Source of the DNA: Alphaproteobacteria bacterium
Lineage (GTDB): Bacteria; Pseudomonadota; Alphaproteobacteria; Micavibrionales; UBA2020
Reading direction: 5' to 3'
NCBI GenBank assembly: GCA_027483355.1
Contig: JAIXUW010000292.1
Coordinates: 222,226 to 286,225, forward strand
DNA: 64,000 nucleotides
Shown: piece by piece, positions 28,546-38,812 of the stretch
Numbering within the stretch: position 1 is the first letter of the stretch
Layout of the letters: every line of letters starts with the position of its first letter
Notes under the pieces: model-generated
The model's input: only the letters and a program-made list of their open reading frames with translations
Told to the model about the DNA's origin: nothing
Database searches by the model: none
Made by a program: the position numbers and the translations under genes

Positions 28546-30585
28546 ATGCCGAATAGACAAAAGAAGCCGCATTACAATTGGCCTGTACCTAGCAAGGGCT
28601 CTTTGGAAGAGTTTCAAAACGGGTTTTCAAAGCAAGTTTATGATACCAGGTTCTTCCTTTTAAAGAGACCCGTGGCGTGTATCACGGCGGCTGCTGTCAA
28701 ATTGATTACGAGGCTCAATGTCCGAATTGTCAACGCGGACTCTGTTGATCTTCCGGTGCCAGAACAAGGAGCATCACAGCCCGTTATTTTCAACGAGGAC
28801 ACTCAGCCTATTCCTTCCTCACCCGTCGAATCTGCGGTTCAAAGCTTGAATTTTGAGGATTTTACTCAGAATGCCGAATCACAGCCGCCTTTTGAACCGA
28901 TGCCAGAGCTCGAGCCCGAGCCCGAGCAGGAGCCGGAGCCCGAACCTGAGTACACTCCCACGCACTCTTCAAGTGTCGCGAAGACCAAGCGCCGAGCTTC
29001 AGCGCTGCCAGTTCGCGATTTTCAACGAGAAGAGAAATCGGTTGCTAAATTGTGTGAGAAATACGACACTGTGGCGGAGCTACTTGGCGCTGGCCACAGT
29101 CGCCAAGAGTTCTTACTCTCTTCTCTTCAAACGGCGCCGTATTTACTGATCTTTGTTGTCACAAACGATTTGACCAACATTATCTTCTTTGGCGAGTACG
29201 AAATCGATTCTGGATTCTACTTGTCGGCTGACGTTTTCGGTCGCTGCTGGCTCCGCGTGACGGATCTACGCAAGTACAACGCAATCGTATTGAATGAGTT
29301 ATCTTGGCCTGTGAAAACTGGCTACTATTATCTGGGTACACGCCTGAATGGTAAGGGCCTGTTTATCGGACCTCGAGCTGTTCGATTTCAATCTCTCGGC
29401 ATGTCTGGCGGTGGATTTTCTGGCCGTCGTCCTTATTCCATGCAGTATTCCGAGATCGCGCCCGAATGCTTCAGGCCTGCATTAGGCGAGGTCGTATTCC
29501 AATTCGATCAGATGAAAGACGTCATCGTCTCGTCTGCCAGATGCGGGATATTGAATTTGGCACAACGCGGCGATGTATTCAGCGACGTGATGACTGGTCG
29601 CAAAGTGGACGAATTCCTGACGTCGACTCATGCTGAAGTTGACATGATGACATCAAATCGCTCATTGGCACACGCCGCAGGTCAATTGGACATTTCTGCA
29701 TTTATGCTATGGCAGTGTATTCCTCTTCACGCTTACGACAAGCCGTTTGCTTCTCTTGACAAGCTAGACGCAGCGTCTCTTTGGTTTTTCAAGAAGACAA
29801 TGGCTCGAACTGCCGACTTTCTGAAAAGGGGAAAGTTCTCCGAATCTTTCTTCATGCCATCATGTGTCAGGCAGAGCATCAGAGAAATGTCATTGTTCCG
29901 CGCTCCAATCGCATCGCCGGTGCGGGAGACTTCTATGGTCAACGAGATTTGGGCTAACTTGAAAATCATGGCATATGGGGACATTGAGCTCGCACCCTTG
30001 CTCTGGATTTTGAAAGACAAGCCCTTGAATTTGTCCAAGATGTGGTATGTCAAGTGGCCGTCTGCCATCGCAAGGGCGTGCCTCTTTCCTGCCGATATGA
30101 TTGCCTTGGAGGCTCGATTGAAGCAATATGCCTTGTCAGACTCTCGACTGGCACCTATTTTGTTCTACTGCGCTTTCTTAGTCTACAAATGGGCGGTTTC
30201 TGTCAACGTATTTAGTCCACTTTCCAGATTGTGCTTGCTCAATTGCATCGCGCAACTTGGCGAGATTGCTGGACTAGGGTGCATTTTCGAGGAAGCGCCT
30301 GCCGATGTCGCTCAATTACGCGACCAATGCGCCAAGAATTTGCTCAAAGTCGACGAGTGGAAACTGGTCTCTGTCGTCGCTACTTACTATTTGCATATTT
30401 TGCTTCGCAAGGTCGATCGGTCTGTCATTGAGGAAAATGGATTTTTCAGCGTCGACGAAAAGATGCACATTTCGTTAATGACGATTGACGAGACTCTCTT
30501 CTATCTGGCCAATTTGTCACCCGAATTTATAGCTGTCGAGGACAGTACATTGGAGTCGCCGGCGAAAAGAAGAAAGATTCATTGA
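28546..30585 (+). CDS. hypothetical protein (679 aa) with acidic PE-repeat and C-terminal KRRK
   Basis: ORF 28513..30585 starts on GTG; ATG at 28546 (MPNRQKKPHYNW...). Contains PELEPEPEQEPEPEPE and ends SPAKRRKIH. No catalytic motif recognised. Confidence 0.7.
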   Translation: MPNRQKKPHYNWPVPSKGSLEEFQNGFSKQVYDTRFFLLKRPVACITAAAVKLITRLNVRIVNADSVDLPVPEQGASQPVIFNEDTQPIPSSPVESAVQSLNFEDFTQNAESQPPFEPMPELEPEPEQEPEPEPEYTPTHSSSVAKTKRRASALPVRDFQREEKSVAKLCEKYDTVAELLGAGHSRQEFLLSSLQTAPYLLIFVVTNDLTNIIFFGEYEIDSGFYLSADVFGRCWLRVTDLRKYNAIVLNELSWPVKTGYYYLGTRLNGKGLFIGPRAVRFQSLGMSGGGFSGRRPYSMQYSEIAPECFRPALGEVVFQFDQMKDVIVSSARCGILNLAQRGDVFSDVMTGRKVDEFLTSTHAEVDMMTSNRSLAHAAGQLDISAFMLWQCIPLHAYDKPFASLDKLDAASLWFFKKTMARTADFLKRGKFSESFFMPSCVRQSIREMSLFRAPIASPVRETSMVNEIWANLKIMAYGDIELAPLLWILKDKPLNLSKMWYVKWPSAIARACLFPADMIALEARLKQYALSDSRLAPILFYCAFLVYKWAVSVNVFSPLSRLCLLNCIAQLGEIAGLGCIFEEAPADVAQLRDQCAKNLLKVDEWKLVSVVATYYLHILLRKVDRSVIEENGFFSVDEKMHISLMTIDETLFYLANLSPEFIAVEDSTLESPAKRRKIH

Positions 30586-30618
30586 GGCTTTTTTATACAC
30601 ACATATATATGTAATAAT

Positions 30619-30654
30619 ACACACACACACACACACACGCACACACACACACAC
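30619..30654. repeat. (AC)n microsatellite
   Basis: acacacacacacacacacgcacacacacacacacac lies between two convergent genes. It generates the spurious ORF 30517..30699. Confidence 0.9.
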
Positions 30655-30676
30655 ATACAAAAACCGGGAAACGCGC

Positions 30677-32665
30677 TCAACTTGTCTCGCTGGCTCCACC
30701 TAGAACGCCCTCTGCTCCGCTCGACTCTTTAGGTTTGAATTCTATCTTGACATATGTATTCCCGTAAATACTGAGCGCGAGAATAAAGAGCCACTGCGCC
30801 GTTTTCGCGTAGGCACTAAAACTCAAATTCATTCTCTTGCTCATCATTTCCCGCAGCTCGTCTTTTCTCATATAGATAGATTGCTTTTTCATATCTTCTT
30901 CGGGATACTGAGAAGCCGGTGGCAGCGGACTGTACTCAATCTCGTCAAGTTCGTCATCTTCGTCGAGTTCGTTTGGGTCAAGTTGCATTACTATCCTTTC
31001 ATACTCTTCTACAAGTTCCACTAGACTGTCGTGCGACTTTTGAGCCGCTTTAGTCTCTCGTGTGAACAGATCTTTCAACGCAACGGCGTCAAATTCGGAA
31101 ATGGCGGTAATGTAGAGCCACTGCATGAATTCCGTCATTTCAGACTGCCATGCGTGAATCCGTTCCATATACAAACGTTCTTCGAGACCGACGGCGACTT
31201 CCTGAGTGTTCTTACCCTTGAACGACGAGGCACCTCCGACTGTGGTCGTCGAGCGGCCTCCAGCAGTACCGAATAAAAGTCGAGACATGCTAAATCGAGC
31301 CAGAACAGCGTCTTGGTATTCGTTTACGAGCCCGTCGATGGAGCGACCCACGTATTCCGCCTTTTGCAATTGGACGACGGCCACTCCAGGCGGGCGTTCG
31401 ACGCTCTCGCGATTGAGATAGTCTTTCCCGCGTTGGTATGCCAACATAGATTGCCATTCGGTCTTTTTCAAAAAGTCATAAGTGATTCCAGACAAGGTTT
31501 TGGTTTCTGAGTGAACTGGCTGATGAGGAACTCCGGCGACTTGTTCGGCCGTGGTCGGAGGTGCCAAATCGTCGTCACAGTTTTCCATATTGGTCACCGG
31601 CTTTGCGCTTCCACGTTCCCATAAACTTCTTTCCATGACATGTAGAATGTACTTGTGCGCGTCGTATGAGATCTTTTTCCCGTTCACGACTAGATTTTCC
31701 GTCGCATAAGAACCCTTTTGAGCAATTTCATCGACAGTGTCTTTGATTGTCTTATCGACGTCATCTCCAAGAGTAGCAGTGACTTGTTCAACAAACACCG
31801 ACCTGGCTCTGTCCATAACAACGCTATTATGTGCCGCCTCCATGACGACTAACTTTGCGTATGTCGGGTACAATTGCGAAATAGCCGAAGTGAACGACGG
31901 CTGCTTTTGCAAACTTGAGCCAATGTAGTCACACCCAAACATTCCCTGGCTCGGCCTGTACACTTCGAATCGATATCCGGCCGATTGAAGTGTCTGAGCG
32001 TATTGCGACTGAGCCACAAAGCGATATTCGCGCATGCACGTATGCGAGCAGATATAGACGTTGATATCGCCTTCGTGAGGATCCAGAACAATGCAGGGAA
32101 GCAGATTCTGCCGCTCAAACGTCCGTTCGAGATGCAATTCGGAATTGGCGGCCGCGCTCGTGCCCGACAGAGCCATGTCGCCTAACAAGGAAGCAGGCAG
32201 ATCCTTTGGGATCGCGATAACGGCGAACCCGGCCACGAATATCGACGTGAGTACTTTGAGAAACATGGTTTTTGTCGCGTTCATGAACACGGGTGCGTTC
32301 AGTACAGATGGGACAGGAATCATTTGAGCCGGAGCGTCGTTCATCTGCGTTTCCACTTTCATGATAATATCGTAGGGCATGACAGTGTCATTGGTGACTT
32401 TTTCAATGACGCGACTCAAAAACAATTCTTCGTTTGCGTATTTCCACAAATGCTCGGCGGATGAAGCCGGGACTGTACACACAAAAACGTCATTCTTGTG
32501 TTGCTTGATATACGGCTTGGGTTGATTCAGAAGCCCCGCGGCCGCAAGTTTAGCAGCTTTCATGGACTGAGTCGTCACCGTTTTATAGTTATGCGTAGTT
32601 TGCAAGGCATTGCGTGCCTTTTTGATCTGAGACCGCAAAGACGGCGCTCTTGTCCTTGTCTGCAT
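30677..32665 (-). CDS. hypothetical protein (662 aa)
   Basis: Long ATG ORF (MQTRTRAPSLRSQIKKARN...). Acidic DELDEDDELDEIEY segment near the C-terminus and a hydrophobic stretch WLFILALSIYG. No motif recognised. Confidence 0.7.
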   Translation of the reverse strand: MQTRTRAPSLRSQIKKARNALQTTHNYKTVTTQSMKAAKLAAAGLLNQPKPYIKQHKNDVFVCTVPASSAEHLWKYANEELFLSRVIEKVTNDTVMPYDIIMKVETQMNDAPAQMIPVPSVLNAPVFMNATKTMFLKVLTSIFVAGFAVIAIPKDLPASLLGDMALSGTSAAANSELHLERTFERQNLLPCIVLDPHEGDINVYICSHTCMREYRFVAQSQYAQTLQSAGYRFEVYRPSQGMFGCDYIGSSLQKQPSFTSAISQLYPTYAKLVVMEAAHNSVVMDRARSVFVEQVTATLGDDVDKTIKDTVDEIAQKGSYATENLVVNGKKISYDAHKYILHVMERSLWERGSAKPVTNMENCDDDLAPPTTAEQVAGVPHQPVHSETKTLSGITYDFLKKTEWQSMLAYQRGKDYLNRESVERPPGVAVVQLQKAEYVGRSIDGLVNEYQDAVLARFSMSRLLFGTAGGRSTTTVGGASSFKGKNTQEVAVGLEERLYMERIHAWQSEMTEFMQWLYITAISEFDAVALKDLFTRETKAAQKSHDSLVELVEEYERIVMQLDPNELDEDDELDEIEYSPLPPASQYPEEDMKKQSIYMRKDELREMMSKRMNLSFSAYAKTAQWLFILALSIYGNTYVKIEFKPKESSGAEGVLGGASETS

Positions 32666-32768
32666 TTATGGAGTGCACTCTCGATAAATCAATAGAAAAA
32701 CGTATGCGCGCGCAAACGACAGAAAAATAGTCAATTGTTTTTATTATTATCGCGCATAGCAAAGTGTG

Positions 32769-34493
32769 CTAGAACAACACGAACTGCACGACCAATATGC
32801 TCAGCAAGGGGAACACGAGCGCCATGTAGCCAAGCGCTTTGTAGGACTCTGACTCTGCGCTATTTGTCAAATACAACGCAGGTGGATCCGGCGTATCGAT
32901 AATATTGTTCAAATTGCCGTTGGAAGGTGGAACAGTAATGTACTGAGAACCGGTTCCCAATGCCACCGCGTGATCAATAAACGAGAATCGATTCACTGTA
33001 TTCGGAGGCACGTTTCTGACGATTCCGTCTTTGGCGTCGTCAAACATGCGCAGGCGAATCGCGTCTGTGTAAAGCACTGCTTCTTGCAATCTAATATCCG
33101 TGCCTCTCTTCTTATGTCGTCTCAAAGTAGCAGCGTAGAACCCAGAAGGCATTTCCCCGGCGTGAAGTGACGCGATTCCAGTAGCGATCGGAGTGGCAGG
33201 GCTAGTTCCGGAAACGGCAGTGTAGGCCGAGAATCCAGACGCCGAAGCGCAATACACGTTGACCCCTGGCGCGATTATAGTGACACTAGGTCCAAAATTG
33301 CTAAAGGACGCCCAGTTTCCGGAAGTTGAGCAGGCGGCGACGGACATGACTTTGCCTTGACTTGGCTGGACTAAAGCAGCGGGCACGAAATTAGATGCGT
33401 CTCTGGCTTCGTTTCCAGCAGCGGCGAATATCATAGCACCGCAGCGACGGCGCACATTGTTAAACGCGTCGGCCATCGCGTCCACGTCAGAGACGGCCGT
33501 CGTTTCGCCGCCCAAACTGTAATTGATAACCACAGTCTTTTGCAAATTGTACTGAGCGCAGTGATCACCGATAGCGTAGGTTGCGGCGACTACGTCAGAG
33601 AGCCAGCCTCCTCCGTCACAGTCAAGAACTCGAGCTCCGAAGACTAGACTGTTCGGATTCACACCGACCGTGCGGCCTGCCGCGATCGAAGCAATGCATG
33701 TTTCGTGATCTTCGCAATAGGCGGGCAACAGGGGAAACGCGTTGTAGATTGTGGTAGCTCGGGAGCTCGAGTCAGGGCGAGTGAACTCGTAGTGGCTTGT
33801 ACGAATGCCAGTGCCCACAATATAGACAAGTGCAGGTTCGTGAGTCTGATAGGCCGTAGGAATAGCAAAAATCCCGTCGTTTGAAGCCGTGCTGATCACG
33901 TCCAAATGAGACGGCACGCTCGTCGGGATAACATTTCCAAAACGCTCTGTGTCGTTCATACTGTTGACGAGATCAGCAGATCCAAACCCAGAGCCCGCTT
34001 TTAAACGCTGCGTCTCAATACGAGCATTGTGATTCAGCATTACAATCGTGGGTGTGATTCCTAATGCCGAAAGTGTGGAATTCGTAGTTCTATTCTTATG
34101 AGGCACGTTCGAAAGTGAATCCATTTTCATTTGAGTCACGGCATTGGCGTTGCGTTGCAAAATTCGACGGGCCTGCACCAAATGCCCCTGCATGCTTTCT
34201 TGTACGCTTTTCACGTCGCGTTTTGCATTAGGTGCAACAACAATCTTTCCGCGAACCAGGGCCAAGCAATCAAAAACATCGACACGAAGTTTCTGAGACA
34301 CGGCGACGGTCGAGCCTTTGGTGATGGACGTCGAGATTGACTCAATGATTTGAGCAGACGTCTTATGTTTAACAAGATCGCAGTCATTCACAGTGAGAAG
34401 AATAGGTATATGTTCGTAGGCGAGGCACGAGTTTGCAAGAGTGAGAAAGAAAACCCCCGCCAGGAAAAGAGGCAGAGCAAACTGGGATCGCAT
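32769..34493 (-). CDS. proteinase-K-like subtilase (S8) homolog, signal peptide + C-terminal TM anchor, catalytic Asp replaced by Gly
   Basis: ORF 32769..34523 starts on TTG; ATG at 34493 gives MRSQFALPLFLAGVFFLTLANSCLA.
- VYIVGTGIRTSHYEF corresponds to V-I-D-T-G-I...H-x-E-F, with G where the catalytic D sits.
- DHETCIASIAAG corresponds to GHGTHCAG (His kept).
- NYSLGG keeps the oxyanion Asn.
- SGTSPATPIATG corresponds to GTSMATPHVAG (Ser kept).
- C-terminal LGYMALVFPLLSILVVQFVLF. Confidence 0.8.
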   Translation of the reverse strand: MRSQFALPLFLAGVFFLTLANSCLAYEHIPILLTVNDCDLVKHKTSAQIIESISTSITKGSTVAVSQKLRVDVFDCLALVRGKIVVAPNAKRDVKSVQESMQGHLVQARRILQRNANAVTQMKMDSLSNVPHKNRTTNSTLSALGITPTIVMLNHNARIETQRLKAGSGFGSADLVNSMNDTERFGNVIPTSVPSHLDVISTASNDGIFAIPTAYQTHEPALVYIVGTGIRTSHYEFTRPDSSSRATTIYNAFPLLPAYCEDHETCIASIAAGRTVGVNPNSLVFGARVLDCDGGGWLSDVVAATYAIGDHCAQYNLQKTVVINYSLGGETTAVSDVDAMADAFNNVRRRCGAMIFAAAGNEARDASNFVPAALVQPSQGKVMSVAACSTSGNWASFSNFGPSVTIIAPGVNVYCASASGFSAYTAVSGTSPATPIATGIASLHAGEMPSGFYAATLRRHKKRGTDIRLQEAVLYTDAIRLRMFDDAKDGIVRNVPPNTVNRFSFIDHAVALGTGSQYITVPPSNGNLNNIIDTPDPPALYLTNSAESESYKALGYMALVFPLLSILVVQFVLF

Positions 34494-34608
34494 GCTCAAA
34501 CTTGTGGGTTCGCACCAGTGCAAACCAAATATGTATTACTTGCGTTTAATTGAAGGATTGCACCTACTTTTACAAGGCCCAGTTTAAAAAATTGGTCGCG
34601 TCGCTCAA

Positions 34609-35832
34609 ATGCTCGACATAAGCCAGCCTATTCCAACAACACTTCCTGGAGACATAGTATTTGAAATAATCAAGTTCTTATCATGCTACATGCGTCTAGT
34701 GGACAGGGACCAACGAGAGAGAACGAGAAAGGACTCTCTGTGCTTTGAGCCTACGAGCAAGATACCAATCAACGTATTGTCAGAAAAAGATGGACACTCG
34801 GTCTTCCTCGATAATTTGGGATGGCTGGACTTCTATTTTCACGGCATATTTACTTCACTAGATCGCATCTTGCCCGACTTGGAGTACTGGCTCTCTAAAT
34901 CGTCATTGTATAAGATTTCGATAATAATCCGTCCTGGGTGGGAACCGTCTTTCTTGGAGTCATGCGCTGTAAGAAACCAACGATTTGTGCATCAAATACT
35001 TGGACGCGCACGGCATATTGTTTTTGGTTTCAGGGGATACACCGGAAAATATATGAGCGCTCTTGTGGATCTCATTTTAAGCGGAGTCTACCCGAATGTG
35101 ACCACGATTGCACTGAATGCTTCGATGACGAGTTATATTCCTAGCGAAAGGCTTTCTGCTGCACTTCCTAATCTCACAAAGATTGTACAACATGAAACTT
35201 CTGGCCAATATATGATGACAGACAAGAATGACCCCGTTCATTGGCGGAAAATCCCACAGGGGTATCTAACATTTTTTCCGAAATTGGAAGCGTTAGACAT
35301 ATCGGAGACTATTGAAGACGTGTTGCCATCAATCAAAACAGTGCGATTTGACGGCTGTAATTCGAAAATCGAACTGCATGCGTTTCCATCTGCTACAACC
35401 TACATTGCAAGTTGTCATGATTTGACGTCCAGCGTTTTTGAGAACCTTTCGAGACTAGGTCTTGGAGATAAGGACGCAAAAATCGTCGTTTGCACCGATT
35501 TCAGAGTGGACTCGGCGTTGTTCAGCGCCGAAGAGAAATCCCCAATCTTCAACGGTAAAATAGAAGTGCATATACAGATGAATTTTGTATTCGTGAAAAT
35601 GTCAATGCTCGAGCTCGAACGGACAACGGAGGACAAGAATGCATTTTTACAAAACATGGAGAGATTCATGAAGAACAACGGGATACAACATCTTGTATTA
35701 CGTTGCGGGCTGGAAGAGGTCATGGACACGGATTATGTAAAAACCCGCGCAAAATGGTGCATGGAACATAAGCATCCAGAATTGACAATCTCAATCGTCT
35801 GCGGATGTTGCAATGGCCTGTTCACGTCATAA
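34609..35832 (+). CDS. F-box-like protein with leucine-rich region
   Basis: 407-aa ATG ORF. N-terminal TLPGDIVFEIIKFLSCYMRLV. Same overall layout as 6616..7689 and 60867..62240. Confidence 0.65.
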   Translation: MLDISQPIPTTLPGDIVFEIIKFLSCYMRLVDRDQRERTRKDSLCFEPTSKIPINVLSEKDGHSVFLDNLGWLDFYFHGIFTSLDRILPDLEYWLSKSSLYKISIIIRPGWEPSFLESCAVRNQRFVHQILGRARHIVFGFRGYTGKYMSALVDLILSGVYPNVTTIALNASMTSYIPSERLSAALPNLTKIVQHETSGQYMMTDKNDPVHWRKIPQGYLTFFPKLEALDISETIEDVLPSIKTVRFDGCNSKIELHAFPSATTYIASCHDLTSSVFENLSRLGLGDKDAKIVVCTDFRVDSALFSAEEKSPIFNGKIEVHIQMNFVFVKMSMLELERTTEDKNAFLQNMERFMKNNGIQHLVLRCGLEEVMDTDYVKTRAKWCMEHKHPELTISIVCGCCNGLFTS

Positions 35833-35860
35833 TACCTTCCCCCTTTTTCTCACGCATGTC

Positions 35861-36763
35861 TCATTCTTCATCCGAAGAGCTCGACTGTTGAGGGATAGAG
35901 GATTTCAAAAAGAAATGCTCGAGATTGAGCCTCGAGAGTCCATCAGCGTGCTTTTGTTCTTCCAAACTCATCGTCTCGGAGTTGAATAAACCCAGTACTT
36001 TCAATGTAGCAAATCCGGTTCGTCTTTTGCCACCATGCGCCGGGTTTAACACTGTAGGATGAACGAGTGACGCAGTACGTAAATTGACTCGAAACGAATC
36101 GGCGTCCTTGTACATGGGCATGTCTTCTACTAAGACAAGAACAGCACCGCTCATATTTGACAATACTTGTTCGACATTTGCGCATTTGGGCAGCCCGCGG
36201 AGGCCCTGTTTCCACATGACGACAAAATAAGCGTCTACCGAGTTTACGCCGTTCCTGCAGTGAATTTGATACGACGGATTGTCCTTGTACTGAGCAACAC
36301 GTGTCACAGTTTTGCAATTGACATTTAAGGACATGCCTGTGGCCGCGCATATGATTTTAACGTCGTCATGAGAAAAATCCGTGGCTCCGCCTTGGTGCAG
36401 CTTTGTGCAAACTGTAGTGTTAATCCCCATGTCTTCGAGCTTGAGTTTATCCGCAAAGTAGCACCAGAGCGCTTTTCCGATGCTGTCGGCGGTTTCCCAA
36501 GTCGCGGGCGAGCAAAATGTTTTTATGATTGCGGGCAATGGCACGATCGCTTTTGTAGAGTCCGCTTTTGTAGTTTTGGCATTTGTTTCAGCTAAATGTT
36601 TCTGAAGACGCAATTTCAAATGATTGCACACGTCCGTGACGAGTTCCTTGATATCTACGTTGGCCGAGTTTGAACGTGATTTTAGACTACGCCAGATTGT
36701 CAATGTAGTTTCCGAAATAAAGTCATTCGAGTCTTGTTTTGGTTTTAGTGATGAAAGTTCCAT
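35861..36763 (-). CDS. hypothetical protein (300 aa)
   Basis: ATG ORF (MELSSLKPKQDSN...), ending in the acidic SSSSDEE. No motif recognised. Confidence 0.6.
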   Translation of the reverse strand: MELSSLKPKQDSNDFISETTLTIWRSLKSRSNSANVDIKELVTDVCNHLKLRLQKHLAETNAKTTKADSTKAIVPLPAIIKTFCSPATWETADSIGKALWCYFADKLKLEDMGINTTVCTKLHQGGATDFSHDDVKIICAATGMSLNVNCKTVTRVAQYKDNPSYQIHCRNGVNSVDAYFVVMWKQGLRGLPKCANVEQVLSNMSGAVLVLVEDMPMYKDADSFRVNLRTASLVHPTVLNPAHGGKRRTGFATLKVLGLFNSETMSLEEQKHADGLSRLNLEHFFLKSSIPQQSSSSDEE

Positions 36764-36937
36764 TTTTTCTTTTCAGTTAAAACGCGTAACACAACAAAGT
36801 CCATGCCTCGTCACGCTTTTTTTTCTACCCGAGGGGTTCTTTGCTGTCTGGCAGCAATCCCATCCCAACCCAACCACGATTAACAGTTCCGTACTATTGT
36901 AAATACATTCAAAATATATATTCACACGCATATGTTC

Positions 36938-37534
36938 TCAATTACTAACCCGGACAGAACACAGAGTAACCTGCACGGATTCCACTTTTTCCCACGCATG
37001 TTCTTTGAGATGCGCGTCCGGACACGTGCAAGCAATCGCGTGAACGTCCAACACTAGTTCATTCTTGTCCGGGTACGAATTGTCCAATAAATTCCCATAC
37101 TCGCGTTCCAATTGCATGGCGACGGTTACGAGACTTGCCAAATCGTCCACGGTCGTCGGAGCGGTTTCCACAAATTTTCGACTCTCCAAATACGCTCTCA
37201 TATCTTTGCTCGTTTGCATCAGCGGTGTTTCCACGACGTAATGAAAATGCGCCGCGCGGTGCTTTACGTAGAGTATTGTGGCCTCCTCCAAACGATCCTT
37301 TAAAACTTTGCACGCTATCTGCTGGCACGTTGAGTCAAAATTATACGTGGCTACTTGGATTTTGCAATGCCCGGGCTGAGGGAGCCACGACGAAACGCCG
37401 GCAAACCATACAAGCGGTTCGCCCATAACACGTCGAGTGTCCGCTATTGTATTCTTTTCCGTCGGTGCATAATTTGCTACGAAACTGGGGTATTCTTGCC
37501 ACCAATTACCAGGCTCGGGTTCGGATTTTTCCAT
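36938..37534 (-). CDS. hypothetical protein (198 aa)
   Basis: ATG ORF (MEKSEPEPGNWWQEYP...). No motif recognised. Confidence 0.6.
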   Translation of the reverse strand: MEKSEPEPGNWWQEYPSFVANYAPTEKNTIADTRRVMGEPLVWFAGVSSWLPQPGHCKIQVATYNFDSTCQQIACKVLKDRLEEATILYVKHRAAHFHYVVETPLMQTSKDMRAYLESRKFVETAPTTVDDLASLVTVAMQLEREYGNLLDNSYPDKNELVLDVHAIACTCPDAHLKEHAWEKVESVQVTLCSVRVSN

Positions 37535-37664
37535 GGCCGATTACTGAATGAGCGCGTTCAGTATTTTTTGCGGCGAAATGTTCCCCGTTCCCCTCAGTTT
37601 CGATTCTATGACAAAACATGATAATCTAGAAAACGGTTTTAATGATACTACTTTGACCTTGAAA

Positions 37665-38651
37665 TCACAACCGGGTTAGATATGTATACAAACGCTCTAC
37701 TAATCCGTCTGCAATAGTAAAATCAAACAGGTTTTTCTCCTCGGCTCCATTTCTCACCTTCTCCATGGCCCGATTGAAATCATACTCATTCATTATGGCC
37801 CACAAAAGTGCCCACATGCATTCGTAGCTTTGCGCTAGAGCGTCCGCGCCAGCCGTATGATCTCTCTGAACGGGAATCAGTTTTTCGTCCAAATAGTTGA
37901 ACTGATGGAGTTTTCCGTTGAGATAAGTATCGTTGACCAATTGGTCATAGTTCAACTCACGAACGCCGTTCCATTTTCCGTCCGTGTTGTAGGGAGGCGA
38001 GTAATACCCGCCCGCGGACATGAAAGAATGCAGTCGCTTGCTGTCCGCCGTAGCCGTGTCGGTCGCCACGATGAATTTGAACTCGGACGAGTTAGGCATA
38101 AAATGTTTTTTCACCTGGTCCATCCATTGGACAAATTGGTCGGCGCTGTTGCGCATGTGGGCGTCAAACTTTTCCTTGTCCACTTTGACGTGACCTTTGG
38201 CTTTCAAACTCTCAAACGCGGCTGGGTTTTTCGCCCAAAACTCAGAAGCCGAAACGGGGAGATCTTCCCATTCCTGGTCGTCCTTTGTGGTGGGAAAAAC
38301 GTCCTCAAACACCAACGGGACATTGTCAGATGCGCTAGGTCTCGCTATGCGTGCATGCAAGAGATCTCCGTCTTCGTCAAAGACAAAAGAGATTTCAAAC
38401 CACGCGGCCCCGAAAGAGGCAAGCGTTTCAGCACCGAACAAGACGGCGGAATCCTTGTCGGCGATTTCACCACGAGCCTCAAAGTCGTACGCGATAACTA
38501 CAAAGGTCTCTGTATAAGTCTTCAAAGGTTCGTCCAACTTGACGCGTTTGGAGGCAGGCTCTTCGAACGGGACGATTTGCGACTGCTCTTCGTAGATAAC
38601 GGGCATCGGCTCGTCCACAATGGCTTGCGAGAATACTTCGGGGTCGGTCAT
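37665..38651 (-). CDS. DEDDh (DnaQ/RNase T-like) 3'-5' exonuclease-like protein
   Basis: ORF 37665..38699 starts on GTG; ATG at 38651 (MTDPEVF...).
- Exo I-like: VVIAYDFEARG (D-x-E).
- Exo II-like: FIVATDTATAD.
- Exo III-like: RDHTAGADALAQSY (H-x4-D-A).
This is motif reading only. The 288-aa antisense ORF 37857..38723 is R/V/G-rich and judged spurious. Confidence 0.5.
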   Translation of the reverse strand: MTDPEVFSQAIVDEPMPVIYEEQSQIVPFEEPASKRVKLDEPLKTYTETFVVIAYDFEARGEIADKDSAVLFGAETLASFGAAWFEISFVFDEDGDLLHARIARPSASDNVPLVFEDVFPTTKDDQEWEDLPVSASEFWAKNPAAFESLKAKGHVKVDKEKFDAHMRNSADQFVQWMDQVKKHFMPNSSEFKFIVATDTATADSKRLHSFMSAGGYYSPPYNTDGKWNGVRELNYDQLVNDTYLNGKLHQFNYLDEKLIPVQRDHTAGADALAQSYECMWALLWAIMNEYDFNRAMEKVRNGAEEKNLFDFTIADGLVERLYTYLTRL

Positions 38652-38812
38652 GTTTTTCTTTTGAACGGGGTGAACAATGGAGTAGCGACTGTAAAACACA
38701 CTGCGGGCGGCTTGAACATATGATCGAAACTGGGAGGGGGCGTCTTACTTTACCAATCAACACAAGGGCCACGAGAGCTGTTCTGCGATCTTTATATGTG
38801 TAAAATACAATC

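Noticed and set aside
30677-32665. Idea that the 662-aa protein, or the giant paralogs, are portal or capsid components of a herpes/mirus-like virion module
   Set aside because: Size and neighbourhood alone prompted the idea. I can point to no sequence motif supporting it, and it requires structure or profile searches.
37857-38723. 288-aa plus-strand ORF overlapping the exonuclease-like gene
   Set aside because: It has an Arg/Val/Gly/Phe-rich composition typical of antisense frames. The minus-strand frame carries ordered DEDDh-like motifs and fits the local co-oriented gene block.
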